The notes beneath the pieces were generated by a model. It saw only the letters and a program-made list of their open reading frames with translations. It did no database searches and was not told the origin of the DNA. 64,000 bases of DNA. Source: an uncultured Bacilli bacterium (lineage in GTDB: Bacteria; Bacillota_I; Bacilli_A; RF39; UBA660). Both the position numbers and the translations under genes were made by a program. The stretch is taken from assembly GCA_910585915.1 (NCBI GenBank), contig CAJUGF010000001.1, positions 4,622 through 68,621 on the forward strand. Direction: 5' to 3'. The number at the start of each line of letters is the position of its first letter. Position 1 is the first letter of the stretch. Positions 1 through 9,071 of this stretch are shown here, piece by piece.

Positions 1-63
1 ATGATATGTTGATATTATAAATAATAAAATCAAGTAAAATAGTTGATTATAAGGAAGTATTGT

Positions 64-1548
64 ATGGAAAAGAAAAAAGTGTGGTTGTTAGTAAGTATTA
101 TGGGAGTATTTTTAGTAGCAGTGGGAGTGAGTTTTGCTCTTTGGTATATGAGGGCAGAACAAACAAGTACGAATGAAGTAATGAGTGATTGTTTTAAAAT
201 TGAATTTGAAAGTGGTATTGGTATTACTTTGAATCAAGCATATCCGATGATTGATAAAGAGGGGTTAAAAAATGATCCATATACTTTTACTTTGAAGAAT
301 ATATGTAATAGTAGTGCTAGGTATCAAATTAATTTAGAAACCTTGAATGTAAGTGGAAAAGCATTACCAGATGGATATTTAAAAGTTAATCTAGAAGAAG
401 ATGGTGTTTCAGTCATTACAACGAAGTTAGAAGAAAGTATTCAAGTGGATGTAACAATAGAAGGGGCTATGAAAGCCTATAAATTATTAACTGAAGTACT
501 GGGTCCAAACGAAGAAAAAGAATTTAATTTAAGACTATGGATGCATGAAGATGTTGGAGTAAGTGATGATAGTATGAATGCTAGTTTTGCTGGAAAAATT
601 AGTGTGACTACAAGTTATAAGAAAACGGAGCCAACCATAGCAGATGCAATAAAAAGTATGCCTATTGTAACAAGTGGGACTGGATTGTATGAAGTGAATC
701 ATCCAGAAAGTGAGTTTATTGAAGAACTTTCTCAGGAATTATCTGAAAAACAAAAAGCTAATTTAAAGATGACAGAATATCGTTATGCTGGAAGGAATCC
801 CAATAATTATGTTAGTTTTAATAATGAGTTATGGCGCATTATAGGTTTAGTAAATACCCCAGAAGGGCAACGCGTTAAAATTAGATCCACTGGTTCGGCT
901 ATCACAGCAGCGTGGAACACAAATGGATCTACTACAGAGCACGATGCGAATGAATGGGGAAATTCTACTTTGATGACCTATTTCAATCATGGGAATTATT
1001 TTAATAATAGTCTTACAAGTGAAGCTAAAGAAATGATTGATACAATTACATGGAATACAGGAAGCACAGGGGATTATAGTAATATTAATGTTATGTCTTT
1101 TTATAACTTAGAGAGAAGTAATCAAAAGAATTGTAGTACAGGAGATTCCTGTAATGACATTATAGTGAAACCTACTATTTGGAAAGGTAATGTAGCATTA
1201 ATGTATCCAAGTGATTATGGCTATTCTACAAGTGGTAATGATGCAGATCATAGGCTTACTTGTTTAAATACATCTTTAGATAGTGGATGGTTATATAATT
1301 GGAGTTGCATGAACAATTCTTGGATTTTTTATACTGCTTACATATGGACACTTACAGCAGCTGCGAGAACAAGTAGTGCCTCAGGAGTATTTGGCATGGA
1401 TCAAGGGGGACATGTATATGATTCGACTGCTTCAAGAGAAACATGGAGTTATCCAGTTGTTTATCTAAAATTAAATATCGATATTACATCGGGTGATGGG
1501 ACAGTGGGAGCGCCTTATGAGCTAACTTATAGAAATGAAGAATTATAA
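64..1548 (+). CDS. Secreted/surface-anchored protein, mosaic paralog family member (N-domain A + C-domain B)
   Basis: RBS AAGGAAG then ATG at 64. Lys-rich N-terminus then a hydrophobic segment (signal peptide or signal anchor). Residues about 30-200 resemble the N-terminus of the 49767 protein. Residues about 215-500 resemble the C-terminus of the 43215 protein (YRYAG.NPNNYV.FNNELWR.IGLVNTPEGQR.KI). Confidence 0.6.
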   Translation: MEKKKVWLLVSIMGVFLVAVGVSFALWYMRAEQTSTNEVMSDCFKIEFESGIGITLNQAYPMIDKEGLKNDPYTFTLKNICNSSARYQINLETLNVSGKALPDGYLKVNLEEDGVSVITTKLEESIQVDVTIEGAMKAYKLLTEVLGPNEEKEFNLRLWMHEDVGVSDDSMNASFAGKISVTTSYKKTEPTIADAIKSMPIVTSGTGLYEVNHPESEFIEELSQELSEKQKANLKMTEYRYAGRNPNNYVSFNNELWRIIGLVNTPEGQRVKIRSTGSAITAAWNTNGSTTEHDANEWGNSTLMTYFNHGNYFNNSLTSEAKEMIDTITWNTGSTGDYSNINVMSFYNLERSNQKNCSTGDSCNDIIVKPTIWKGNVALMYPSDYGYSTSGNDADHRLTCLNTSLDSGWLYNWSCMNNSWIFYTAYIWTLTAAARTSSASGVFGMDQGGHVYDSTASRETWSYPVVYLKLNIDITSGDGTVGAPYELTYRNEEL

Positions 1549-1617
1549 ATCTTTTTATATTTCGGTGATAGGATTTTTAAGCTTGCTTTTTTAAAAATTT
1601 TCAGTTATTATAATCCA

Positions 1618-3231
1618 ATGAAATGGGTGGTAATTATGAATTTAAAGACAAGAAAGAGAATATTGGCTTCTATTTTGTCAATTACAGTACCTTTTGGGAT
1701 GAATGATATAGAATATGTTTCTAATGACATAGTGAATTCTAAAGAAAACGGGCAAAATTCAACATCGTCTGATTATCCTTTTTGTGAAAATAACACTTAT
1801 GGTGATTTCAATTTGTATGAAGCAAAGGCGTTAATGAAACAAAATTTGATTCAAGAATTTTTAGATTATTATGAAAATTTATCAATTTCTTATTATAATG
1901 CTAATATTCATTCTTCAAAAGAAGAAATATCTGCTTTTTTTCAAAATGTACAAAATAAACAGCAATGTGATTATGTTTTTGATGGTAAAGAAGAAGAATT
2001 AATTCAAACAATTCAAGCTAATTCTCGTGATGTTGCCAATGCCAATTCAAAGTATGTTTCAATTTTTGAGGGAGAAAACGAGGATCTTTCTAATTTTGTT
2101 TTTCAACGCATTCTTTCAAAAATCATTGCTCATTCCTTTAATAATGTTAATGAAGATCTTTGTCGATTTCAAGATTTAGGAATTGTATTTGGAAATGTAA
2201 ATGGCTCTACCCAGGAGCAAGGATTTAATATTTTTACTTTTATTTACAATCCAGAACAAAATATTTTGGTTTTGGATAAAGAAGCGATGGAAAAAGTTGC
2301 TTTCGCTGAAAATATTACTTATCCAGAGGAATTTGAGCATGTTTTGCTCCATGGATTAAATCGTGCACGAATGTTTTCTTGTTCTATCGATCAATTCTAT
2401 ATTCCTAGTGCCGTTCTTTTAGAAGCGGCTTCGGAAACAGAATTGTATTATTCTGAAAAGGATCAAACTGGCTATTTGAATCATTTTGGTAACTTATTAT
2501 ATTATCGAAAATTAAATCATGAAGCTCTTCTTTTGCTTCTTGGTGTGTTTCAAGAAAATTTTAGTATGGAGGAATATTATCGAGCTATTTGTGATAGTGA
2601 TGTTGCTTCATTTCAATCCTTGTTTGGATTAGAAACGAAAGAGGATGCAGTAGAGTTTTATCATATTTTAGAGTCAATGGATTTTGTTTTTCATGGTAAT
2701 GATTATTATAATCAACATTCTCAAGGATTGACTTTAAATGATACGATAAAGGAAGCGGGAATGGGATATCGTGCTAAAATATTTCAAAAATTTTTAATTT
2801 CGATGTTGCATTATAAAGAAAAGCATGTTGATTTTTCTTTGAATGACCAATTGCTATTCCTTGCTATTGCTAGAAATTTGATTATTCAAGATGTTAACTA
2901 CTATGAAAATGATAGAGCTTATTGTGATTTAGAGTTTGCAAAAATGATTTATGATATGGAAGAACAATATATTTCTTTTTTGAGTCAATATTATGAAAAA
3001 AGTATTGATGCAATTCGCTATTGCGATGGAGAGAATGATTCTTTTATTGAGGATCTTGGATTATTTTATAGAGAACATCGTCAAACATATAAAGTACGAA
3101 AATTGTTTGAACAATATCCTGTTTTAAGTGTTATTTGCTATGAAAGTGAATGTAAGGTAAGAGATTATCGAAGATTTTTAGAAGAAAATGATTTTGCGAT
3201 GAAGCGAACTATTTATCAAGGAGATTTGTGA
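1618..3231 (+). CDS. Hypothetical protein, probable secreted/lipoprotein (signal-peptide-like N-terminus); start may be the ATG at 1636
   Basis: Long ORF with AT-rich codon usage matching neighbours. N-terminus KTRKRILASILSITVPFG is signal-like. No recognisable catalytic motifs. Confidence 0.45.
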   Translation: MKWVVIMNLKTRKRILASILSITVPFGMNDIEYVSNDIVNSKENGQNSTSSDYPFCENNTYGDFNLYEAKALMKQNLIQEFLDYYENLSISYYNANIHSSKEEISAFFQNVQNKQQCDYVFDGKEEELIQTIQANSRDVANANSKYVSIFEGENEDLSNFVFQRILSKIIAHSFNNVNEDLCRFQDLGIVFGNVNGSTQEQGFNIFTFIYNPEQNILVLDKEAMEKVAFAENITYPEEFEHVLLHGLNRARMFSCSIDQFYIPSAVLLEAASETELYYSEKDQTGYLNHFGNLLYYRKLNHEALLLLLGVFQENFSMEEYYRAICDSDVASFQSLFGLETKEDAVEFYHILESMDFVFHGNDYYNQHSQGLTLNDTIKEAGMGYRAKIFQKFLISMLHYKEKHVDFSLNDQLLFLAIARNLIIQDVNYYENDRAYCDLEFAKMIYDMEEQYISFLSQYYEKSIDAIRYCDGENDSFIEDLGLFYREHRQTYKVRKLFEQYPVLSVICYESECKVRDYRRFLEENDFAMKRTIYQGDL

Positions 3232-3297
3232 TTTTTCTTTGAAATTCTAATATAATCTGTTATAATACATATGGATTTAAAAGGAGGCAAGAAAAGT

Positions 3298-3471
3298 ATG
3301 GCTAAAAATATAAATAGACAATATGTTGGTCTTAAATGTAGTAGATGTGGCAAACAAATTCGTCCTACTGTAAAAAATAAGAAAAATACGACTGATAAAT
3401 TAGAATTAAAAAAGTATTGCCCTAATTGTCGTAAAGCAGTAGTATTTAAAGAAACTAAATTAGGTAAATAA
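3298..3471 (+). CDS. rpmG: 50S ribosomal protein L33
   Basis: RBS AAAGGAGG upstream of ATG at 3298. Small basic protein with two CxxC pairs (CSRCGK ... CPNCRK) and KKYCPxC, typical of L33. Confidence 0.8.
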   Translation: MAKNINRQYVGLKCSRCGKQIRPTVKNKKNTTDKLELKKYCPNCRKAVVFKETKLGK

Positions 3472-3490
3472 TAGAAAAAGGTGAGTCATA

Positions 3491-4051
3491 ATGCTTATTA
3501 ATATTAATGATATTAAAAATGGAATGACAGTTATTGTTGATGGGAATTTGTGTTTAATTCAAGAGTTTCAACATGTTAAACCTGGTAAAGGAAGTCCATT
3601 TATTAAAATTAAATTGAAAAATTTAAGAACAGGAAGTATTGTAGAAAATACTTATAATACGAATATTAAAATTGAAAGAGCACATGTAGATAAGATGCCA
3701 ATGCAGTTTTTATATGCTGATGGATCTAATTATGTATTTATGAATACAGAAACATATGAGCAATTAGAAGTTCCTGCTACTAAATTAGAAAGTGAATCTA
3801 GATTTTTAAAAGAGGGTATGGAAATTCAGATTGATCAATATGAAGGTGAAATTTTGGGGGTAACTTTACCAGAAAAGATTGAATTTGAGATTGTAGAAAC
3901 AGAACCAGCTGTCAAAGGAAATACTACGAATAATGCAATGAAGGATGCTACAATCGAAACTGGCTATGTTGTTAAAGTACCTTTGTTTATTAATCAAGGA
4001 GAAAAGATTGTTATTTCTACTAGTGATGGAAAGTATTCTGGAAGAGCTTAA
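3491..4051 (+). CDS. efp: Elongation factor P
   Basis: RBS AAGGTGA. Motif EFQHVKPGKGSPFIKIKLKNLRTGS, with the conserved KPGKG loop, and overall EF-P length and domain order. Confidence 0.93.
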   Translation: MLININDIKNGMTVIVDGNLCLIQEFQHVKPGKGSPFIKIKLKNLRTGSIVENTYNTNIKIERAHVDKMPMQFLYADGSNYVFMNTETYEQLEVPATKLESESRFLKEGMEIQIDQYEGEILGVTLPEKIEFEIVETEPAVKGNTTNNAMKDATIETGYVVKVPLFINQGEKIVISTSDGKYSGRA

Positions 4052-4065
4052 AGCTCTTTTTTTTC
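4043..4065 (+). terminator. Intrinsic terminator after efp
   Basis: Hairpin AGAGCT-taa-AGCTCT followed by a T8 run; the efp stop codon lies in the loop. Confidence 0.6.
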
Positions 4066-4100
4066 GTCATTTTTTTTGTTATACTATTTAAAATAGGGAA

Positions 4101-5774
4101 GTGTTGAGTGTGAAAGAAAATATACGCATGTTTCAAGAGTGGTATCGTCTTTGTAAGCCAAATAAAGCTTATTGGTTTTTTCAGTTTGCTACAGTAATTG
4201 TTATTAGTATTTGTTTGGTTTGTGAATCGATGTATGTAGCTAAGGTTACTACTAGTTTGGCTGAGGGAAATATTAGAATGGCAATATTTTGCTTGACACT
4301 TGGACTTTTATTTGTTTTGTTGCGTCAATTTTCTTGGATACTTAATTATAAAAATATGTATCATTTGATTGGTGATATTTATAAACGCTTGGAAATGAAA
4401 ATATTTCACAAAATAATTCATGGTAAAGAGAAAAATTTTGAAGCAATATCGAAAGAAAAATTAATTAATATTTTTCATAGTGATGCTTATGAAACCGCTA
4501 AATTTAGTGATCATATCTGTTCTAGATTTCGTTATTTGCTTTCTACATTATTAACTTTGGGTTACGTTTGTACAGTTTCTCTTCCAATTGCATTTGTTAT
4601 TCTTTTGATTATTATGGTTAATTACAAAATTCTTAATTGGATTAATGGGCGTATTAGTTTAGCAACAAAAGAAACAAAAGAAGCTGTCGATGCAGAATTT
4701 GAAACATTTTCTGAAATAATTTTATCTAAAAATATGATTGATTCTTATGATTTAACAAAGAAGATGGAACGAGAATTTCGAAAGAAAAATGATAATTTTA
4801 TGGTTCTTCAACAAAAGAAGAATATGGCTACTTCTATGTTAGAAAATAACTTTTTTGGTTATTATAAAACTGTTATTTACGGTATTACTTTGCTTTTAAT
4901 ATATTTGTTATCTTCTGGCAATCTTTCTTTAACTGTATATTTAATTGTAGTGTCTTATTTGACAGATAGTATTACAAATAGTAAAGATTTTATGGGAATT
5001 TTAACGGAATTAAAAAATGCTTATGTTACTTGTAATCGAGTTAATATTATTTTGAATTTTGATGAAAAAGAGGAGTTCTCTTTTGGTAATATTAAAGTGA
5101 ATGATATTTTGGGAGAAATAGATTTTATGAATGTTTCAGTGAATGCTTCTGAGATATTTGATTTTGAAGTGAATGATTTAAAAAATGTAAGTTTCCATAT
5201 TTCTTCCAATCAAACTGTTTTATTTCATGGAGCAAGGAGTAGTGGAAAACGAACGATATTTTATTTGCTTCGTCGGGTGATTATGCCAATGGAAGGTGAG
5301 ATATACGTTGATAAATATAAAATACAAGATTATCAGGAAAAAGTATATCGTAGAAATGTAAATTATTTAACAACTAAACCATTTTTTTATCATGGTTCTA
5401 TTCTCAGTAATTTAAAGTTAGTTCAATCAAATAATGAAAAAATAATTGATAGTTTGAAGGAAGTGGAACTATATGATTATATTATGGGTCTTCCGATGGG
5501 ATTAAAGTCAGAGGCGAATGCTTTACCACCTCGTGAGCAATATTTATTGGGGTTGGCCAGACTTTTACTTATGAATAGTGAAATTCTAGTTTTATATGAA
5601 TTTCCTAATTATTTAAGCAGTAAAGATAAGATGTTTATTAAAAATATTTTAATGAATATGCATGGTAAAAAAACCATTCTAGTGTTTTCGGCTAATGTAG
5701 ATATTGCTGATATTGCCGATCAGGTTTATGAGGTTGAACGTGGACGAGTTAATCTACATACTAAAAGAAGTTAA
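4101..5774 (+). CDS. ABC exporter-like half transporter (TMD+NBD) with degenerate ATPase motifs; start ambiguous (GTG at 4101/4110 or ATG at 4128)
   Basis: N-terminal 6-TM exporter-type domain. C-terminal NBD-like region with Walker A GARSSGKRT (K-R instead of K-S/T), signature LPPREQ instead of LSGGQ, Walker B ILVLYE (D to Y), and the H-loop His missing (TILVFSANV). Confidence 0.6.
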   Translation: MLSVKENIRMFQEWYRLCKPNKAYWFFQFATVIVISICLVCESMYVAKVTTSLAEGNIRMAIFCLTLGLLFVLLRQFSWILNYKNMYHLIGDIYKRLEMKIFHKIIHGKEKNFEAISKEKLINIFHSDAYETAKFSDHICSRFRYLLSTLLTLGYVCTVSLPIAFVILLIIMVNYKILNWINGRISLATKETKEAVDAEFETFSEIILSKNMIDSYDLTKKMEREFRKKNDNFMVLQQKKNMATSMLENNFFGYYKTVIYGITLLLIYLLSSGNLSLTVYLIVVSYLTDSITNSKDFMGILTELKNAYVTCNRVNIILNFDEKEEFSFGNIKVNDILGEIDFMNVSVNASEIFDFEVNDLKNVSFHISSNQTVLFHGARSSGKRTIFYLLRRVIMPMEGEIYVDKYKIQDYQEKVYRRNVNYLTTKPFFYHGSILSNLKLVQSNNEKIIDSLKEVELYDYIMGLPMGLKSEANALPPREQYLLGLARLLLMNSEILVLYEFPNYLSSKDKMFIKNILMNMHGKKTILVFSANVDIADIADQVYEVERGRVNLHTKRS

Positions 5775-5775
5775 A

Positions 5776-5816
5776 AATAAAAAACAAGCTTAGTTCATCT
5801 GAGCTTGTTTTTCATC
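5776..5816. terminator. Bidirectional intrinsic terminator between convergent ABC-like gene and murC
   Basis: Stem AAACAAGCT / AGCTTGTTT with an 11-nt loop, flanked by an A-run upstream and a T-run downstream. Confidence 0.6.
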
Positions 5817-7187
5817 TTTTAATGTATAACCAATTTGGTTTATTGTCCCTGCACCAATGGTGATGATGATATCATTTTCTTTAATGTTATCTTTTAGGTA
5901 ATTTAATATTTTTTCATAACTATTTAGAAAGATACAGTTTGTATTTTTCTTTTTTATTATAGTTTCCAAATCTTTGGAAGAGATATTATTTTCATTGGTT
6001 TCTCTGGCTGCATAGATCTCAGAAAGAATAATATGATCAAATTGTGATAAAATTTCAGCAAATTCATTTAAATGAGCTGTAGTTCTAGAGTAAGTGTGGG
6101 GTTCAAATATAGCCCAAGTTTCATGATGAGGTATGTCTTGACTACATTTATAAGTTGCTTCAATTTCAGTTGGATGGTGAGCATAATCATCAAAAATAGG
6201 AATATTTTTATATGTTCCAATTTTTTCAAATCGGCGATTTGCTCCTGTAAATTGTAATAGGCCATTTTGAATATTCTTTAAGTTTATTTTATATAAATCA
6301 CAGGTAGCAATTGTAGCTAGAGCATTTTGTATGTTATGAGTACCTAACACATTTAATTCAAAGGTTCCATAAAAATTTTGTTCTTTTAAAACATCAAATT
6401 TCGGAAATCCAAATTTATTTTTTTGAATGTTGATGGCTGTAAATGTAGCTTTGGGATTTTCTATTCCATAAGAAATCAAATTATGTGTTGTGTTTTTGAT
6501 AATATCGTAAGTGTTTTCATCATCAAGATTAGCAATAATTGTACCTGTTTCATTTAATCTTTCTGTAAATTTTTGAAATGATTTTTTGATGTTATCAATG
6601 TTTTGAAAATAATCTAAATGATCGTTATCTATATTTAGGATTATCTCTGTGTGAGGATGAAATTTAAGAAAAGAATCTACATATTCACAAGCTTCTAAAA
6701 TAAAGTATTCACTTTTTCCAGTTTTATTATTTCCTTTTATTTGTTTTAAATAAGCTCCTACTTCAATCGTAGGGTCTAGATTGGCTTCTAAAAAACAGGT
6801 GGCAATCATAGACGTAGTTGTCGTTTTTCCATGTGTTCCACTGATACATATACATTCTTGATAGCACTTGGTAAGTTCCCCTAAAAATTCACTGCGTTCC
6901 ATCATTGGTTTTCCCACTTGTTTTGCATACATGTATTCTTCATCGTTTGCTGGAATAGCAGCTGTATAAACTACTAAATCTGCTTGATCAATTATTTTAT
7001 TCTGATGACCAATCGTGATATTAATTCCTATCTTTTGAAGATGTTTTGTATTCTCGCTTTCTTTCGCATCGCTTCCTGTAATTATAAAGCCGAAATGGGT
7101 TAGGTGTTCTGCAAGACCACTCATACTTACACCACCAATTCCAATCATATGAATTTTATTCCATTGTTTTAAATTGTCTAATGTCAT
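5790..7187 (-). CDS. murC: UDP-N-acetylmuramate--L-alanine ligase
   Basis: N-terminus IHMIGIGGVSMSGLA (Mur ligase Rossmann), GTHGKTTTTSMIA P-loop, overall MurC length. ATG at 7187 is preceded by AAAAGAGGT. Confidence 0.9.
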   Translation of the reverse strand: MTLDNLKQWNKIHMIGIGGVSMSGLAEHLTHFGFIITGSDAKESENTKHLQKIGINITIGHQNKIIDQADLVVYTAAIPANDEEYMYAKQVGKPMMERSEFLGELTKCYQECICISGTHGKTTTTSMIATCFLEANLDPTIEVGAYLKQIKGNNKTGKSEYFILEACEYVDSFLKFHPHTEIILNIDNDHLDYFQNIDNIKKSFQKFTERLNETGTIIANLDDENTYDIIKNTTHNLISYGIENPKATFTAINIQKNKFGFPKFDVLKEQNFYGTFELNVLGTHNIQNALATIATCDLYKINLKNIQNGLLQFTGANRRFEKIGTYKNIPIFDDYAHHPTEIEATYKCSQDIPHHETWAIFEPHTYSRTTAHLNEFAEILSQFDHIILSEIYAARETNENNISSKDLETIIKKKNTNCIFLNSYEKILNYLKDNIKENDIIITIGAGTINQIGYTLKDEKQAQMN

Positions 7188-7335
7188 AAAAAAACCTCTT
7201 TTCACTCATTATTATATCGTATGTCTTGATAATGTAAAAGGCACAATTTTTGTTTTTCTTGGAAGATTGTTTAGAGTTTTAAGATTTAAGCTTTGTGTTT
7301 TTTCTGTCAAATTTGGTATTTTTGTTTTTCTATAC

Positions 7336-7364
7336 TTTACAATCATATTAAAATCATGTACTAT
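7336..7364 (+). promoter_or_regulatory. Candidate sigma-A promoter of the mraZ/dcw operon
   Basis: TTTACA (-35), 17-bp spacer, TACTAT (-10), immediately upstream of the MraZ box array. Confidence 0.45.
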
Positions 7365-7365
7365 A

Positions 7366-7401
7366 GTGGTAGATAGTGGCACAAGGTGGAAGAAAGTGGG
7401 G
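7366..7401 (+). promoter_or_regulatory. MraZ operator: four direct GTGG(G) repeats at exact 10-bp periodicity
   Basis: GTGG at 7366, 7376, 7386 and 7396 (the last is GTGGGG), 9 bp before the mraZ start. This matches the known MraZ binding architecture of direct TGGG-type repeats on a 10-bp period upstream of mraZ. Confidence 0.7.
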
Positions 7402-7408
7402 CAAAGAA

Positions 7409-7843
7409 ATGTTCTTAGGGGAATATCATCATAATATTGATGAGAAAGGGCGTATTGTATTGCCTTCTAAATTTCGTACAGAACTTAAGGATAAATTTAT
7501 CATTGCCCGTGGTCTTGAAAAGTGCTTGTATGTTTATTCTTTAGATGATTGGAATGAACTAGTAAGTAAATTAAATTCTCTACCTTTTACTAAAAAAGAT
7601 GCCAGGGCCTTTGTCCGTTCTTTTTTCTCTGGTGCTACTTTCTGCGAGTTCGATAGTCAAGGAAGAACTTGCATAACCTCCCCACTTGTTAGTTATGCCG
7701 GTTTAACGAAAGAATGTGTTATAATCGGCGCTAACAATCGTATTGAAATATGGGATAAAAGTGCTTGGGAGGAAGTACTTCAATATAGTGAAGATCATTT
7801 ATCTGATATTGCAGAAAACTTATTTATGGATGTGAATGTATGA
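7409..7843 (+). CDS. mraZ: Transcriptional regulator MraZ
   Basis: MFLGEYHHNIDEKGRIVLPSKFR with the duplicated MraZ/SpoVT-AbrB fold; first gene of the dcw cluster. Confidence 0.93.
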   Translation: MFLGEYHHNIDEKGRIVLPSKFRTELKDKFIIARGLEKCLYVYSLDDWNELVSKLNSLPFTKKDARAFVRSFFSGATFCEFDSQGRTCITSPLVSYAGLTKECVIIGANNRIEIWDKSAWEEVLQYSEDHLSDIAENLFMDVNV

Positions 7844-8784
7844 AACATTATTCAGTGTTGAAGATGGAATCATTAGAATACTTAAATATTAAAGAAGATG
7901 GTATTTATGTTGATGCAACGCTTGGATATGCAGGTCATTCTAGTGAAATTTTGAAACGAATTCCAAATGGATATTTATATGCTTTTGATGCGGATATGGA
8001 AGCAATACGATATTCCGATTCTGTATTGAAAGAGATTGGAACAAATTATGAAATTATTCATGCAAATTATGAGGATATGAAAGAGGAACTTTTGAAACGG
8101 GGAGTACAAGTGGTTGATGGAATACTGTTTGATCTTGGTGTATCAAGTCCACAGATTGATTCTATGACAAGAGGTTTTTCTTTTATGAGAGAAGAAATTT
8201 TGGATATGCGGATGGATCAAACACAAGATTTTGATGCAAAGATTCTTTTAAATACGTATTCTTATGAGGCATTACGTGATATTTTCTTTCAATTTGGAGA
8301 AGAAAAGAAGAGCGCTTTGATTGCTAAAAAAATAGTGGATGTAAGAAATAAAAAACGATTTGAAACAACGATAGAGCTTGTAGAAGTAATTAAAGAAGCA
8401 GTTGGAGCAAATTATTTTTATAAAAATCATCCAGAGCGAAAAATTTTTCAAGCAATTCGTATTGAAGTGAATCATGAACTTTCTAGTTTAGAGTGTGTAT
8501 TACCAGATGCAATATCATTACTTAAACAAGGGGGAAGAATTAGTGTTATTACATTTCATTCATTAGAAGATCGTATTACCAAAAAAGTTTTTAAACAATT
8601 TAGTGAAGTAGATGACATGGTAAAAGGGTTACCTGAAATACCATATGAGTATCAACCAATGATTCAGTTGGTTCTTCGTAAACCGCTTTTGCCTAGTGAT
8701 AAAGAAGTTAATGAAAATAGTCGAAGTAAGAGTGCAAAGCTTCGAGTTATTGAAAGGATAAAAGAAAATGAAAAAGAGAAATAA
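7840..8784 (+). CDS. rsmH: 16S rRNA (cytosine1402-N4)-methyltransferase RsmH (MraW)
   Basis: HYSVL ... YVDATLGYAGHS SAM-binding motif; position after mraZ; 4-nt overlap. Confidence 0.93.
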   Translation: MKHYSVLKMESLEYLNIKEDGIYVDATLGYAGHSSEILKRIPNGYLYAFDADMEAIRYSDSVLKEIGTNYEIIHANYEDMKEELLKRGVQVVDGILFDLGVSSPQIDSMTRGFSFMREEILDMRMDQTQDFDAKILLNTYSYEALRDIFFQFGEEKKSALIAKKIVDVRNKKRFETTIELVEVIKEAVGANYFYKNHPERKIFQAIRIEVNHELSSLECVLPDAISLLKQGGRISVITFHSLEDRITKKVFKQFSEVDDMVKGLPEIPYEYQPMIQLVLRKPLLPSDKEVNENSRSKSAKLRVIERIKENEKEK

Positions 8785-9061
8785 TACAGTAAAAATTTTA
8801 AGAGGAGAAAAAATTATTTATGGAATGATTTTTTTATTAATTATTTCTATGCCTATTTGTACAGTACTTACAAAAGCCTTTTTGTCTGAAAGTAATATTC
8901 AAGTAGAACAAATGAAGTCCAAAATTGAAACCCAGACAGATAAAAATGAATCTCTAAGTATGCAGATTGATGAGTTAGCAAGTCTTGATAAAGTACAAGA
9001 AGTTGCAAGTGAAAAAGGATTGAGTTATAATAATGATAATGTTAAAGTAATTACAGAATAG
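8768..9061 (+). CDS. ftsL: Cell division protein FtsL
   Basis: 97 aa, single TM (IIYGMIFLLIISMPICTVL) followed by a coiled-coil; located between rsmH and a PBP. Confidence 0.75.
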   Translation: MKKRNNTVKILRGEKIIYGMIFLLIISMPICTVLTKAFLSESNIQVEQMKSKIETQTDKNESLSMQIDELASLDKVQEVASEKGLSYNNDNVKVITE

Positions 9062-9071
9062 GATCATTTTT

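Noticed and set aside
3271-3297. Longer start for rpmG (MDLKGGKKS extension in the ORF track)
   Set aside because: The extension is translated straight through the Shine-Dalgarno sequence AAAGGAGG. The ATG at 3298 has ideal spacing, and the L33 family begins near MAK.
5021-5209. Minus-strand 62-aa ORF inside the ABC-like gene
   Set aside because: Fully antisense to a longer well-supported ORF, low-complexity and AT-driven; typical spurious ORF in an AT-rich genome. The same reasoning applies to 6068..6265(-), 6072..6257(+), 8272..8475(-), 8975..9163(-), 11890..12099(-), 25421..25663(-), 26259..26606(-), 27059..27280(+), 29676..29942(-), 33251..33466(-), 33555..33941(-), 39476..40017(-), 41020..41265(-), 43713..43931(-), 46065..46253(-), 46984..47196(-), 48512..49048(-), 53072..53257(-), 54157..54658(-), 60746..60964(+), 61773..62015(-), 62086..62277(+) and 16695..16892(+).
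7174-7434. 86-aa + strand ORF spanning the murC-mraZ intergenic region
   Set aside because: It overlaps the murC 5-prime end, the Pmra promoter and the MraZ operator boxes. It has no RBS and a hydrophobic, low-complexity translation. Regulatory DNA is a better explanation.
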